In this document: piece after piece, positions 47,257 to 55,473 of the stretch
Layout: each line of letters opens with the position of its first letter
Numbering within the stretch: the stretch's first letter is position 1
Virus record (IMG/VR): IMGVR_UViG_3300011008_002721
Coordinates: 3,495-67,494 of that record
Reading direction: 5' to 3' (one strand)
DNA: 64,000 nucleotides
Origin: a virus
Taxonomy: Duplodnaviria; Caudoviricetes
Translations under genes and position numbers: made by a program
The notes under the pieces: model-generated
Database searches by the model: none
What the model was told of the DNA's origin: nothing
What the model saw: only the letters and a program-made list of their open reading frames with translations

Positions 47257-47547
47257 TTAGATACAGTTTTTCATCATGTCAATGGCTTCTTCTATTGAAA
47301 GCCCGGCCGGTATCGCATATATCCAGTCTTTGAGCAACTTAAATGCTTTCTCTACGGTCATGCCATCAGGAAGGGTCTTTAGTATGGGTTCCAACGATTC
47401 TTTTTTCCCTTGATTGTAACCCTTACAAAATTCCCTTCTGGCAACTTTGCGCCAATAGCATTCATTCCGATACTCGCGGGGGTCTTGGAATGCGCCCTGC
47501 TCTACATCTGGTATTGATGCAAGAGCCATTTCTTCTGGTGTTATCAT
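47257..47547 (-). CDS. Hypothetical protein
   Basis: 96 aa, coupled in the operon. Confidence 0.6.
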   Translation of the reverse strand: MITPEEMALASIPDVEQGAFQDPREYRNECYWRKVARREFCKGYNQGKKESLEPILKTLPDGMTVEKAFKLLKDWIYAIPAGLSIEEAIDMMKNCI

Positions 47548-48242
47548 TGCACGAGTTCAAATTCATAAACGAACACGCACGGGTTGTCATCCCATGCTTT
47601 CTTGCCGGAGAGTTTCTTGATGAGCGTGGCGAATGCTTCACGCGGTGTACTTCCATCCAGCCATATTCTTTTCCCGGTTTCATGCCGGAAGCTGATATAG
47701 TATCTTCCATTACAGAAACATATTCCTTCCTTCACGCAGTCCTCGTCGGAGATGTCCTGGATTCGTTCGATGCGGATGTTGGTGAAACGGATGCGATGTG
47801 GCATAAGGTCGGCAAGAACGTACATCTTATTATTGTACCCAGCCGCGTCTTTCATATAATTTGGAGACGGTAGGGTAAATGAATCCGCAAGGTATGCCAT
47901 TATTTCACTATATCGCTGAGCAACGGCAACCACCTCTCCGACCTTGTAAGTGGAATGCTCAAGTATCTTTTTCAAGATTTCTTCTTGGGACGGCGTGAAG
48001 GTCACATGCTCATCCTTGTGGGTAATGATAACTTTGCCGGGATACTTTGCGAACTGCTCTGCAAATTCTTCAATGGATAATCCGTTAGGGATGGCTGATT
48101 TCGGAACCACACAAACGCCCTTCGTGTATGCGTCCAGAAGTTCCTGCGCACACTTTGAAAGTCCCCGGCGCGTCATGGTCTTGCGACCTTCCAGTACGGC
48201 TTGCGTAAGGTCGTACTGGTCGCTAAACATTATCTTTTTCAT
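47544..48242 (-). CDS. ASCH/PUA-like phage protein
   Basis: MKKIMFSD..AVLEGRKTMTRR and WDDNPCVFVYEFE; ATG 48242. Confidence 0.65.
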   Translation of the reverse strand: MKKIMFSDQYDLTQAVLEGRKTMTRRGLSKCAQELLDAYTKGVCVVPKSAIPNGLSIEEFAEQFAKYPGKVIITHKDEHVTFTPSQEEILKKILEHSTYKVGEVVAVAQRYSEIMAYLADSFTLPSPNYMKDAAGYNNKMYVLADLMPHRIRFTNIRIERIQDISDEDCVKEGICFCNGRYYISFRHETGKRIWLDGSTPREAFATLIKKLSGKKAWDDNPCVFVYEFELVQ

Positions 48243-48253
48243 ACTGTCAACAT

Positions 48254-48517
48254 TTAATTGTAATATGCTGCCATCGCTCTGGTGCGTATTTCGTCGCATA
48301 TTTCTGAGCGGATACTTGATGCATAGAAACCCGTGTCGTGATTCTCCGGATTGGTGCAGATAACGTTGCGACGTATGCCGTGAAAGAATTTGCAACCACG
48401 GCAAAAGACACCTACGGTCGTTGTACGGGACTTATCTACATGGCAATTCTCATCTGCCCGAATCACTGCAAACTGGCTGATTTGCCCGGTGGAATATGTG
48501 TAGGTTAACTTGCTCAT
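48254..48517 (-). CDS. Small Cys-containing hypothetical protein
   Basis: 87 aa with CxxC...C. Confidence 0.5.
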   Translation of the reverse strand: MSKLTYTYSTGQISQFAVIRADENCHVDKSRTTTVGVFCRGCKFFHGIRRNVICTNPENHDTGFYASSIRSEICDEIRTRAMAAYYN

Positions 48518-48520
48518 GTC

Positions 48521-49135
48521 TCACCATAATTCTGCGATTCTGCGGAAGTCTTCACCAGCGGGAACCGGGCAATCCTTCATCCACTTCATCTTCTTTACCT
48601 TCCAGAGAGACAAATCAACGCCTGCCGGAAGATACTTTTCTTCTTCCGGGAAGATATTGAGACGCAGAGATAGACGTTGAAAAGCGTCTGGCTCGGAAAG
48701 AATAAAAGCATTCAATGACATAAATGCCTCAATGTCTTTCTTACTATGTGGCGTATATACGAATCCATCTGCTAAAGAATAGACAGTGCGAAACGCGCCT
48801 ATATTGAAGTTAGCAGTGTAGATGTATATTTGGGGCTGTCCTCCACCTATAACATTCGCTGCAATCAACCTGAAAGTCTTCATGATTATATGTGTCCTTT
48901 CTGGGAAAAGTAGAGGCTCACCTCCAGTAATCATGATTTCGTCGTAATCGAAGCGGTCAACGACCGGAATCTTTTCCAAGTCAAAGCGATTGTTGCAGCA
49001 CATGGGACATTTGTTCGGGCACTTGCCCGTCACAAGAAGCCGTAGTTTAGTATTCTTTCCACCTTCCGCAGAATGACCGTGGAAAATCTTGTTGACGGTC
49101 TCTGCCGCCCATTCCTTAATCTCTTGCTTTGTCAT
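48521..49135 (-). CDS. Short radical SAM protein
   Basis: CPNKCPMC (CxxxCxxC), ITGGEP, IYT. Confidence 0.82.
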   Translation of the reverse strand: MTKQEIKEWAAETVNKIFHGHSAEGGKNTKLRLLVTGKCPNKCPMCCNNRFDLEKIPVVDRFDYDEIMITGGEPLLFPERTHIIMKTFRLIAANVIGGGQPQIYIYTANFNIGAFRTVYSLADGFVYTPHSKKDIEAFMSLNAFILSEPDAFQRLSLRLNIFPEEEKYLPAGVDLSLWKVKKMKWMKDCPVPAGEDFRRIAELW

Positions 49136-49458
49136 AGGTCTTCAAAGTGTTTTACAATATGTTCGATGATGGCTTCCGGCGTGTCTTCGTCGGTGGCAAA
49201 GGAAAGCCCCAGAGGGGCCGCGAGCCGCCAGAGAGCGGCAAAAGACCAAGCAGGCAAGTAGTGCTCTGCAAGGCATCCGTTGAAAAGGACATCATGATAG
49301 TTCCCGTCCTCGTCTCTGGCGCAGTGCGTTATCCAGTGCATGTCTGCCGTTTCTCTTTTCACTCCGGCCTTGATTAGCCGTTCTGACTGCTCCGGAGTTG
49401 TGGCAGTAGGGTTCTTTGGTCTGATAGTCATGTTATTCTGTTGAGGACGCATCAGCAT
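49132..49458 (-). CDS. Hypothetical protein
   Basis: 108 aa; LIKAG...ADMHW...PAWS pattern. Confidence 0.65.
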   Translation of the reverse strand: MLMRPQQNNMTIRPKNPTATTPEQSERLIKAGVKRETADMHWITHCARDEDGNYHDVLFNGCLAEHYLPAWSFAALWRLAAPLGLSFATDEDTPEAIIEHIVKHFEDL

Positions 49459-49616
49459 CCGTAAAATTCAATTTGGTCGTAATAGGGTCTGTCATCCGGG
49501 CAGGCGGTAATCAGAATTGGATTATCGTCTTCCTGGATCTGGAGGTCTTTATATCGGCGGCAGGTGTCGCGCAGCTCGCAACCCAGCCCTTCGCAGTATG
49601 TGTATTCGCTGGCCAT
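49452..49616 (-). CDS. 54-aa Cys-rich protein (absent from the ORF track)
   Basis: MASEYTYCEGLGCELRDTCRRY...IEFYGC, translated by hand. Confidence 0.6.
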   Translation of the reverse strand: MASEYTYCEGLGCELRDTCRRYKDLQIQEDDNPILITACPDDRPYYDQIEFYGC

Positions 49617-49627
49617 GGTAAACAATT

Positions 49628-49789
49628 CTAAAGCATTCCGGCTCTATATTCGTCGTAGTGGTACTTCCGGACGGCAATGTCGTGAAGGGCCTGCTTGCCT
49701 TCCGGAGTCTCTGCCTCATCCTCGTTGATGTCCTCCCAGCACTTATGCCGGGAGGATTCAACAAGTTGCTTATCGTGCTCGGACATCAT
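49628..49789 (-). CDS. 53-aa protein (absent from the ORF track)
   Basis: MMSEHDKQLVES...RKYHYDEYRAGML, translated by hand; starts 2 nt after the upstream stop. Confidence 0.65.
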   Translation of the reverse strand: MMSEHDKQLVESSRHKCWEDINEDEAETPEGKQALHDIAVRKYHYDEYRAGML

Positions 49790-49791
49790 GG

Positions 49792-50262
49792 CTACTTGGT
49801 AGTCTTGCTGCCGCCGACACGGACGGTGCGTTTCTTGGGAGCGGGTTTCTCCGGCTGCGCTGCCTCTGCAGGAATGGCCGTCTGTTCTCCGTCCGGAGCC
49901 TCCGGTGCGGGTTGCGCCGCGTCTGGGGCAGTGGCCTCCGGCTTCGGAGCATCGGAAATCTTGCGAACATTGTGCAGACGGCGCAGGAGTACGTCGGCAT
50001 AGACGCAGGCCGTATTCACGTTCTCCTCGACCTTGGACACATCGGTGGCAGGGTTCTGGAGGATGGAGCCGAGAGTGGTCATTACGTAGTCCTCGCGCTT
50101 ATCGGTGACGAACTGGCGGAACTGGGCTTCCTCCGCTTTCTTGCGGGCCTCCTCAAGTTCCTTTTCCTTTGCTTGCTGGGCTTCCATCTTCATACGCTGG
50201 CGGTAAGCCTTGGTGTTCTCGTTGGCATCGCGTGCCGGGATGACTTTGTTTTGCTTTGTCAT
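49792..50262 (-). CDS. Hypothetical protein
   Basis: 156 aa with a Pro/Ala-rich tail. Confidence 0.65.
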   Translation of the reverse strand: MTKQNKVIPARDANENTKAYRQRMKMEAQQAKEKELEEARKKAEEAQFRQFVTDKREDYVMTTLGSILQNPATDVSKVEENVNTACVYADVLLRRLHNVRKISDAPKPEATAPDAAQPAPEAPDGEQTAIPAEAAQPEKPAPKKRTVRVGGSKTTK

Positions 50263-50289
50263 AATGATTGTGAATTAAAGTGTGAATGA

Positions 50290-50589
50290 TTATGAATTGA
50301 AAAGTGTTGGCTGGTCGGAGAGCTGCTCATCCACCTTCTTTTCCAGTGCCCGGGACTGGCCAAGGAGGGAAGATGCTTCCTGAGTGTATCCGTGGGCCTT
50401 GCGCTCCGTGAAGTAGGCATTCTGCTTCTCACGCATGGCCTTCACGTCCTTTCGGAACTGGTTATGCTGGACTTCCAGTTTCCCGGCGAACTCCGTGAGG
50501 AGTTGCTCCAGTTCCCCGCAGTCCATCCAACGGAATCCGGCGTGCTGCTCTACGTAGTAGTCAATGAGAGTTTGTGTGCTCTGGTTCAT
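50290..50589 (-). CDS. Hypothetical helical protein
   Basis: 99 aa. Confidence 0.65.
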   Translation of the reverse strand: MNQSTQTLIDYYVEQHAGFRWMDCGELEQLLTEFAGKLEVQHNQFRKDVKAMREKQNAYFTERKAHGYTQEASSLLGQSRALEKKVDEQLSDQPTLFNS

Positions 50590-51308
50590 GGTATGTCAAA
50601 TAATGAGGGTTGTTGGATAATGCGGTCCCCGTAACGCTCTATACCGAGGCATTCTTGCTCAAATCTCGTGTTCTGTGCATCGAAGTACCCTTTGTCTATC
50701 TCGCACCCGTAGAAGTCGAATCCGAGGCCGTAGGCGGCAATTCTGCTGCTTCCGGAGCCAAGGTGCGTGTCCAGTATCTTCCAGCCGGACTTTGCGAATT
50801 TCTGGAGCGTCCAGACGTATAGGGCAACGGGCTTCTGTGTCGGATGGATACGTTTCTCGTTGAGGGCCTTGTTTCCTTGCATGACCCGGCCTTCCGTGAT
50901 TGAACGTCCCTGCAGCATCCCGTTCCACATAAAGGGGAACAGACGGACTGAATCTATGAGGTCGGTCGCTGCTATCTCGCAGTCGGAATAGGTGGAGCCG
51001 GCATTGCATTTGTCCCAGATGATGCGCCCGGGTGCGAAGTGGAAGTTGTAGTAGTTGCAGCCCCACACGATGTAGTGCTTGCTCACGCGCAGCAGCTCCT
51101 TGAAGTATGGCCGCTTCGGCACTTCCCACTTGCATGTCACACGGTAGTCCACCCGGTCAACGCCACTCCGGCTGACGGCTGCGCCATAGTAGCGTCTCCT
51201 CTCAGGACCGCTGAAGTACGGCGGGTCCACCACGGCAAGGTCGAAGAAACCGTCCGGGATGTCCCGCATGTACTTCATGCAGTCCATATTGAAGACTTCG
51301 CTTATCAT
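50586..51308 (-). CDS. DNA amino-methyltransferase (beta class, N6A/N4C)
   Basis: DPPY precedes HPTQKP and LDTHLGSGSS. Confidence 0.9.
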   Translation of the reverse strand: MISEVFNMDCMKYMRDIPDGFFDLAVVDPPYFSGPERRRYYGAAVSRSGVDRVDYRVTCKWEVPKRPYFKELLRVSKHYIVWGCNYYNFHFAPGRIIWDKCNAGSTYSDCEIAATDLIDSVRLFPFMWNGMLQGRSITEGRVMQGNKALNEKRIHPTQKPVALYVWTLQKFAKSGWKILDTHLGSGSSRIAAYGLGFDFYGCEIDKGYFDAQNTRFEQECLGIERYGDRIIQQPSLFDIP

Positions 51309-51904
51309 TTTTCAGCGCCCGCGGATTTTGTGTTTGCGCGGAACACAAAATCCGCCCAGATGTCCGTGAACTGCTTTCCTGCATAAACGGCCAGTTCCTC
51401 CGATTTGAAGGCAAGACGGGAACCACAGTTCGTGTACGCATACGACGAATCGTAGTTCGCATACGCATACGCAACGCCGCCATTCGCGAACGCGTTGCTG
51501 TCCGACCGGAGCACCACACGGGAGCGTTTCTCCAGGGTCATCTTGTCTATCTCCTCCTGCGTATAGAGGTAGAACCAAGGGAACCAGCGCCACTCACCCT
51601 TGACGAACTTCGGGGTCCATCCTTCGTTGAGGACAGTGGCAATCGCCTTGAGCTTGATATAAGCGATTTCGTCCAGCTCAATCTGGAAGCCGTCCCCCTG
51701 TTCTGTATGGTCGAGTAACCGTTCCACCGGGTCATAGCCCAGTTCACGGACCACATCGTCCCATGTCTTTACTCGCTCCATGACGGGGAGGGACTTGTGG
51801 AAGTCCATTTCCGGGAAAAGGTTTACCAGAACGTTTCTTCCTTCGTTACCTGCATTGCGATAGGCATCGAGCAGGCTTTCTTTGTTGACTTTGATTGTCT
51901 CCAT
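51305..51904 (-). CDS. Small early protein carrying a second DGR variable repeat (target 2)
   Basis: 199 aa, no signal peptide or TM segment; C-terminal SRVVLRSDSNAFANGGVAYAYANYDSSYAYTNCGSRLAF. Confidence 0.88.
   Translation of the reverse strand: METIKVNKESLLDAYRNAGNEGRNVLVNLFPEMDFHKSLPVMERVKTWDDVVRELGYDPVERLLDHTEQGDGFQIELDEIAYIKLKAIATVLNEGWTPKFVKGEWRWFPWFYLYTQEEIDKMTLEKRSRVVLRSDSNAFANGGVAYAYANYDSSYAYTNCGSRLAFKSEELAVYAGKQFTDIWADFVFRANTKSAGAEK
51321..51355. repeat. Perfect 14-bp inverted repeat downstream of VR2
   Basis: GCGGATTTTGTGTT-N7-AACACAAAATCCGC. Confidence 0.85.
51407..51525 (-). repeat. DGR variable repeat VR2 (remote)
   Basis: 119 nt ungapped match to TR 34188-34306; 10 substitutions (6 A>T, 4 A>G) plus GCAAAC>GCCTTC, all at TR adenines. 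Confidence 0.94.
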
Positions 51905-51923
51905 AGTGATTTGAATTTATGTG

Positions 51924-52196
51924 TTAAACATGAATGAGATTCTTCGCTTCCTCGCAGATTTCCTCAAGACGTTCCTTGAGATTGCAGATGCAGTTAGTGT
52001 ATGCCTGACCATCTTTAGCCCAGAAGTCATCGCCGTAGTGCTTTGCGATGATTCCTTCCAACTCATGATTGAACTTCACTTCTATGAAGTCGCACATTTC
52101 ACGTGCGTTCTTCTTGATGGTCCGAACTCCAAAGCGGTCAAGCCACCATTGTTTGATGTCCGACCACTGGATTATCTTGATTGTGATTGTTTTCAT
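51924..52196 (-). CDS. Hypothetical protein
   Basis: 90 aa. Confidence 0.6.
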   Translation of the reverse strand: MKTITIKIIQWSDIKQWWLDRFGVRTIKKNAREMCDFIEVKFNHELEGIIAKHYGDDFWAKDGQAYTNCICNLKERLEEICEEAKNLIHV

Positions 52197-52453
52197 TTTG
52201 CGGTGCCGGTATATTGAACTTGAACTTCAACGGTATGATGGTACACCCGTACCCGGGTGACAACGAACAGGGCAAAGCCCTCATCGTCATAGCTGGGAGC
52301 ATAGCTCATCTTGACGTGGGCATTCTCATCGCACTGTAAGTCGGCTTCGACTTCCTTCTGGAGATTTCCCATGACGTAGAAGGCATCTACGTCATCGTGG
52401 AATGTGCTCCGGAACTCCCGGTAATTGGTGATAAATACTTTCTTAACTTCCAT
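52193..52453 (-). CDS. Hypothetical protein
   Basis: 86 aa, coupled in the operon. Confidence 0.6.
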   Translation of the reverse strand: MEVKKVFITNYREFRSTFHDDVDAFYVMGNLQKEVEADLQCDENAHVKMSYAPSYDDEGFALFVVTRVRVYHHTVEVQVQYTGTAK

Positions 52454-53744
52454 TTTGGATTGATTCTATTGCTTGAAAGATTCTGAACATAACCTGCGGC
52501 ACGATGGCATTGCCGTAGGCTTTTATGGCTTCGTTTCTCCACTTGTGGAAACCAAGGGGAGTTCCGTCCATAATCTGGGAAAGCCCATCATCTCTTGTGT
52601 GAACAGGGGAGACAGTCGGAAAGTGATTCCACCACGTTCCTTCAGACCAAGCATCGTCGGCAGCGTACTCAACTGGTCGTTGCGCATCATACCATTCTTG
52701 CGAACCATAGCATCCGGATTGTACGGCGGCTGATAGTCTCTCGCAGAAGGCGTTGGAAGCAGGCCCATAGAGGCAAGGTCGGACAGCTCGATTGTGTATC
52801 CTTCCTCCTGCTTCCGGGCTATCCGCTTCCCGTCCGGTGTGCTGGGATTCTTGTAGTCCCGTGCCGTGGGTGTCGGCAGAAGTCCGCTCCCAGCCAAGGC
52901 GGAAAGGCTCTGCCCCATCTGCGAGTTCGGATTGTAGGTGTTTGTCCATTTGTCTCCTTCGCGTGCAGTTGGAGTTGGCAGCAGATCCAGACGAATGAAC
53001 TTCTGCTTCCCTCTTTCGTTGACCTTGAGACCCTGCGTCTCCGGAGTGGGGAGCATCAGTCCCCGTTTCTGTGCGTAGCCGTTGGCTATCTCTTGAGCGA
53101 GCGTCCCGGTGCTGCTGGTCTTGCCTGCCGATGCCGGAAGTGCCGTCTTTCCGTCGAAGGCCGTCGGGGTCTTCAGCATTATAGGCGAGGAAAAACACTC
53201 TGTCTCGTCTATGGGGAGCCCCACAAGCCGCAGCCGGAATAAGAATCGGCTGGACTTCGTATCCGATGGCTTCGAAGTCTTTGCAGATGCGTTCGATGGT
53301 GAAGGACTGTCGCAGTTCGTATCTGTGAAGATTATCTTCCTCTCCGAACAGAGTCGCTTCACATCCCATTTCAGTGAGAATCCCTCCTTCGACCATAGTG
53401 GTGATTCCAGCAACGTTCTCACCAACGACCCAAGTGGGCCGGATTTCTGATACCGCTCGGAACATTTCCGGCCAGAGATAACGTGCATCTTTTTGCCCCC
53501 CCCGTTTTCCAGCATAGGAAAAAGGCTGGCAGGGAAAGCCTCCGGTGAGGACATCGATTTGTCCTCGCCAGCAGCGGAAGTCCGTTTTCGTGATGTCTTC
53601 ATAACTGACAGATTCTGGGAACCAGTATTCAAGCACTCTGCGGCCAAAGGGGTTTATCTCGCAGTGGAAGACATTCTCCCATCCGAGCATGGCAGCGGCC
53701 ACTTCCGGCCCGCCAATCCCGCTAAAAAGGCTTGCGTGTTTCAT
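52443..53744 (-). CDS. C5 cytosine DNA methyltransferase, alpha-type polypeptide
   Basis: SLFSGIGG (I), GGFPCQPFS (IV), ENV (VI), PHRRDRVF (VIII), YGNAIVP (X); no recognisable motif IX, long disordered insert. Confidence 0.9.
   Translation of the reverse strand: MKHASLFSGIGGPEVAAAMLGWENVFHCEINPFGRRVLEYWFPESVSYEDITKTDFRCWRGQIDVLTGGFPCQPFSYAGKRGGQKDARYLWPEMFRAVSEIRPTWVVGENVAGITTMVEGGILTEMGCEATLFGEEDNLHRYELRQSFTIERICKDFEAIGYEVQPILIPAAACGAPHRRDRVFFLAYNAEDPDGLRRKDGTSGIGRQDQQHRDARSRDSQRLRTETGTDAPHSGDAGSQGQRKREAEVHSSGSAANSNCTRRRQMDKHLQSELADGAEPFRLGWERTSADTHGTGLQESQHTGREADSPEAGGRIHNRAVRPCLYGPASNAFCERLSAAVQSGCYGSQEWYDAQRPVEYAADDAWSEGTWWNHFPTVSPVHTRDDGLSQIMDGTPLGFHKWRNEAIKAYGNAIVPQVMFRIFQAIESIQNGS
52523..53647 (-). 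CDS. Nested overlapping ORF, probable beta subunit of the C5 MTase
   Basis: Same strand, shifted frame; five (L/K)PTP-type repeats and a terminal RLSPLFTQEMMGFP motif IX-like segment. Confidence 0.68.
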   Translation of the reverse strand: MAAECLNTGSQNLSVMKTSRKRTSAAGEDKSMSSPEAFPASLFPMLENGGGKKMHVISGRKCSERYQKSGPLGSLVRTLLESPLWSKEGFSLKWDVKRLCSERKIIFTDTNCDSPSPSNASAKTSKPSDTKSSRFLFRLRLVGLPIDETECFSSPIMLKTPTAFDGKTALPASAGKTSSTGTLAQEIANGYAQKRGLMLPTPETQGLKVNERGKQKFIRLDLLPTPTAREGDKWTNTYNPNSQMGQSLSALAGSGLLPTPTARDYKNPSTPDGKRIARKQEEGYTIELSDLASMGLLPTPSARDYQPPYNPDAMVRKNGMMRNDQLSTLPTMLGLKERGGITFRLSPLFTQEMMGFPRLWTELPLVSTSGETKP

Positions 53745-53950
53745 TGTTCCGTGAGTTGATAATACGTTGAATTGAGTGTAGGGCCTACCTTTATCTTGCC
53801 GGCTCCTGCAAGCATCCGTGCCTGCGTAGCGAGCTGTTCGCGCGTCAAGCCCTTCTGGCGTGCAAGGATTTCATTCTCCATAGCGTGAGACGGCACGATG
53901 TGCTTTTCTGTTTTCTCCGAGGTGATTTCCCGGATGGTATCTATTAGCAT
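53741..53950 (-). CDS. Small winged-helix-like protein
   Basis: 69 aa. Confidence 0.55.
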   Translation of the reverse strand: MLIDTIREITSEKTEKHIVPSHAMENEILARQKGLTREQLATQARMLAGAGKIKVGPTLNSTYYQLTEQ

Positions 53951-53953
53951 AGG

Positions 53954-55051
53954 CTATTTCGTTTCTATGGGCAATGGGACAAAATCAACGGGATGTCCAT
54001 TGGTGATGTCCTTGAAATGCTGGTCAAAGATTTTTCGGTTCTCTTGAAGGAACGTAATGAGCCGTTCTGATGCACCGAGCTGGAAATTGTTCTTTACCTC
54101 GTTGAAATAAACCAAGCGGTTTACCCACTTCACATTATCCCTCACCATATCGGTGAGGATGTCTTCAGATGTGTCATACTGATAGGCAAGAGTGTTGAAC
54201 AGTTTCTGCCAAGCATCAAGGAAAGGCTTCTTATCCGAAGGAAAACGGACATCCGTGATGACTTTCTTGTTGTCATCCATCTGTTTCCACTCCATGCAGG
54301 CGGCAAGGCGTGTTGTTGATGCCATCTTCGCCCAGCCGCCCTTGCTGGCGTGCATCAGTTCATTGTTCCGGATGAATTTGTCAAGCTGTTTCTCCGGAGA
54401 CACGAAATTAGAAAAGAAGAAATGTGATAGGATTTTCAGTTCATCACTGATTTTACGTGCGGACTGCTTCTTTCCTCTCCGCGTGATAGTGGCTCCCGGG
54501 AATCCGTCAGCCGGGCCGGGATGCTCGTTCCCGGCCGGAGCGGGCGTGCTGCGCCGTGCCGGTTCCCTCTGCTGCGGTGCTGATCCAGGCGAACCGCTGT
54601 TAGCTGGTGTTGGCTCTGGGACGGCTTCATTGAGGGAGACAAACTTGACGTTGCCATACTTCGCTGCCGCTTCCGGAACAAGCAGGTACTCGCGGTAAAC
54701 CTGCGTCTGCCTACGGGAGACGGCCTCAAGGAAACGCTTCTGAATGCCCCGGGATGTCAAGACGCCATACTTCTGGTAGATGGTCCGGTCAAAGAAATCA
54801 CGGTTGAAGCCGCTCTCTACTATGGCATCAAGTTTCGCAAGGTCAAAATCGCGCCCGCCTATCCGTTTCACGAATAGTTTGCGTTCATCCTCACCCCAAT
54901 GGCAGTAATACCCCTCCGAATCATAAATCTTGCTCATGATGCGGATGAGCACGTAGGAGCCGAGATACCCGTGGTCCACTTCAATGAGGGCTATTTTGTC
55001 ATCATCGAAAAAATTCGTGTTCAGCGGGAAGTATTCTATTCCATTCTTCAT
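53954..55051 (-). CDS. Replication initiator-like protein (DUF4373-type N-terminus)
   Basis: IEYFPLNTNFFDDDKI...GYY...LTSRGIQKRF. Confidence 0.7.
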   Translation of the reverse strand: MKNGIEYFPLNTNFFDDDKIALIEVDHGYLGSYVLIRIMSKIYDSEGYYCHWGEDERKLFVKRIGGRDFDLAKLDAIVESGFNRDFFDRTIYQKYGVLTSRGIQKRFLEAVSRRQTQVYREYLLVPEAAAKYGNVKFVSLNEAVPEPTPANSGSPGSAPQQREPARRSTPAPAGNEHPGPADGFPGATITRRGKKQSARKISDELKILSHFFFSNFVSPEKQLDKFIRNNELMHASKGGWAKMASTTRLAACMEWKQMDDNKKVITDVRFPSDKKPFLDAWQKLFNTLAYQYDTSEDILTDMVRDNVKWVNRLVYFNEVKNNFQLGASERLITFLQENRKIFDQHFKDITNGHPVDFVPLPIETK

Positions 55052-55473
55052 ATCTGTTCCTGTTTGAGATAGTCGTTGACGGCTTTCTGGAATTCTTCCA
55101 GCGAGTGACAGACAACGTATTTATACCCGAATTGTTCTATATGGGATTGCCATTCCTTCTGGGATTCACTCTGCTTACCCTTGGCGGTTTTCATTTCGAT
55201 AAGGAGACCACCATAGCCGCCCCTCTGGACCAGAAGGATGAGGTCGGACACCCCGGCCAGCACTCCTTCTGCCTTGAGTTTTCCAGCCTGCGATTTGCTC
55301 CTTCCGCCACCGTTCGGTACGGCAAAGAGATTATTCGTGAGACGCGGATACTGCCAGCGGAACCACTCGATGCAAGCGCACTGGATGTCGTGCTCCTCCT
55401 CCGATGGTGTCTTCCTCGGCTTATCCTTGGAATTCATTTCCGCGAGAATGCGTTCATAGATTGATTGTGCCAT
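55048..55473 (-). CDS. VRR-NUC nuclease
   Basis: EHDIQ, VPNGG, GVSDL, IEMKT, QSESQKEW. Confidence 0.85.
   Translation of the reverse strand: MAQSIYERILAEMNSKDKPRKTPSEEEHDIQCACIEWFRWQYPRLTNNLFAVPNGGGRSKSQAGKLKAEGVLAGVSDLILLVQRGGYGGLLIEMKTAKGKQSESQKEWQSHIEQFGYKYVVCHSLEEFQKAVNDYLKQEQI

Noticed and set aside
51407-51525. VR2 as a simple duplication of VR1
   Set aside because: It differs from VR1 at several positions, yet every difference from TR is at an adenine, and the flanking protein sequence is unrelated
53496-53503. G8 tract inside the C5 MTase gene
   Set aside because: Both overlapping frames stay open through it (KRGG and NGGG) and it lacks the TAAATAC context
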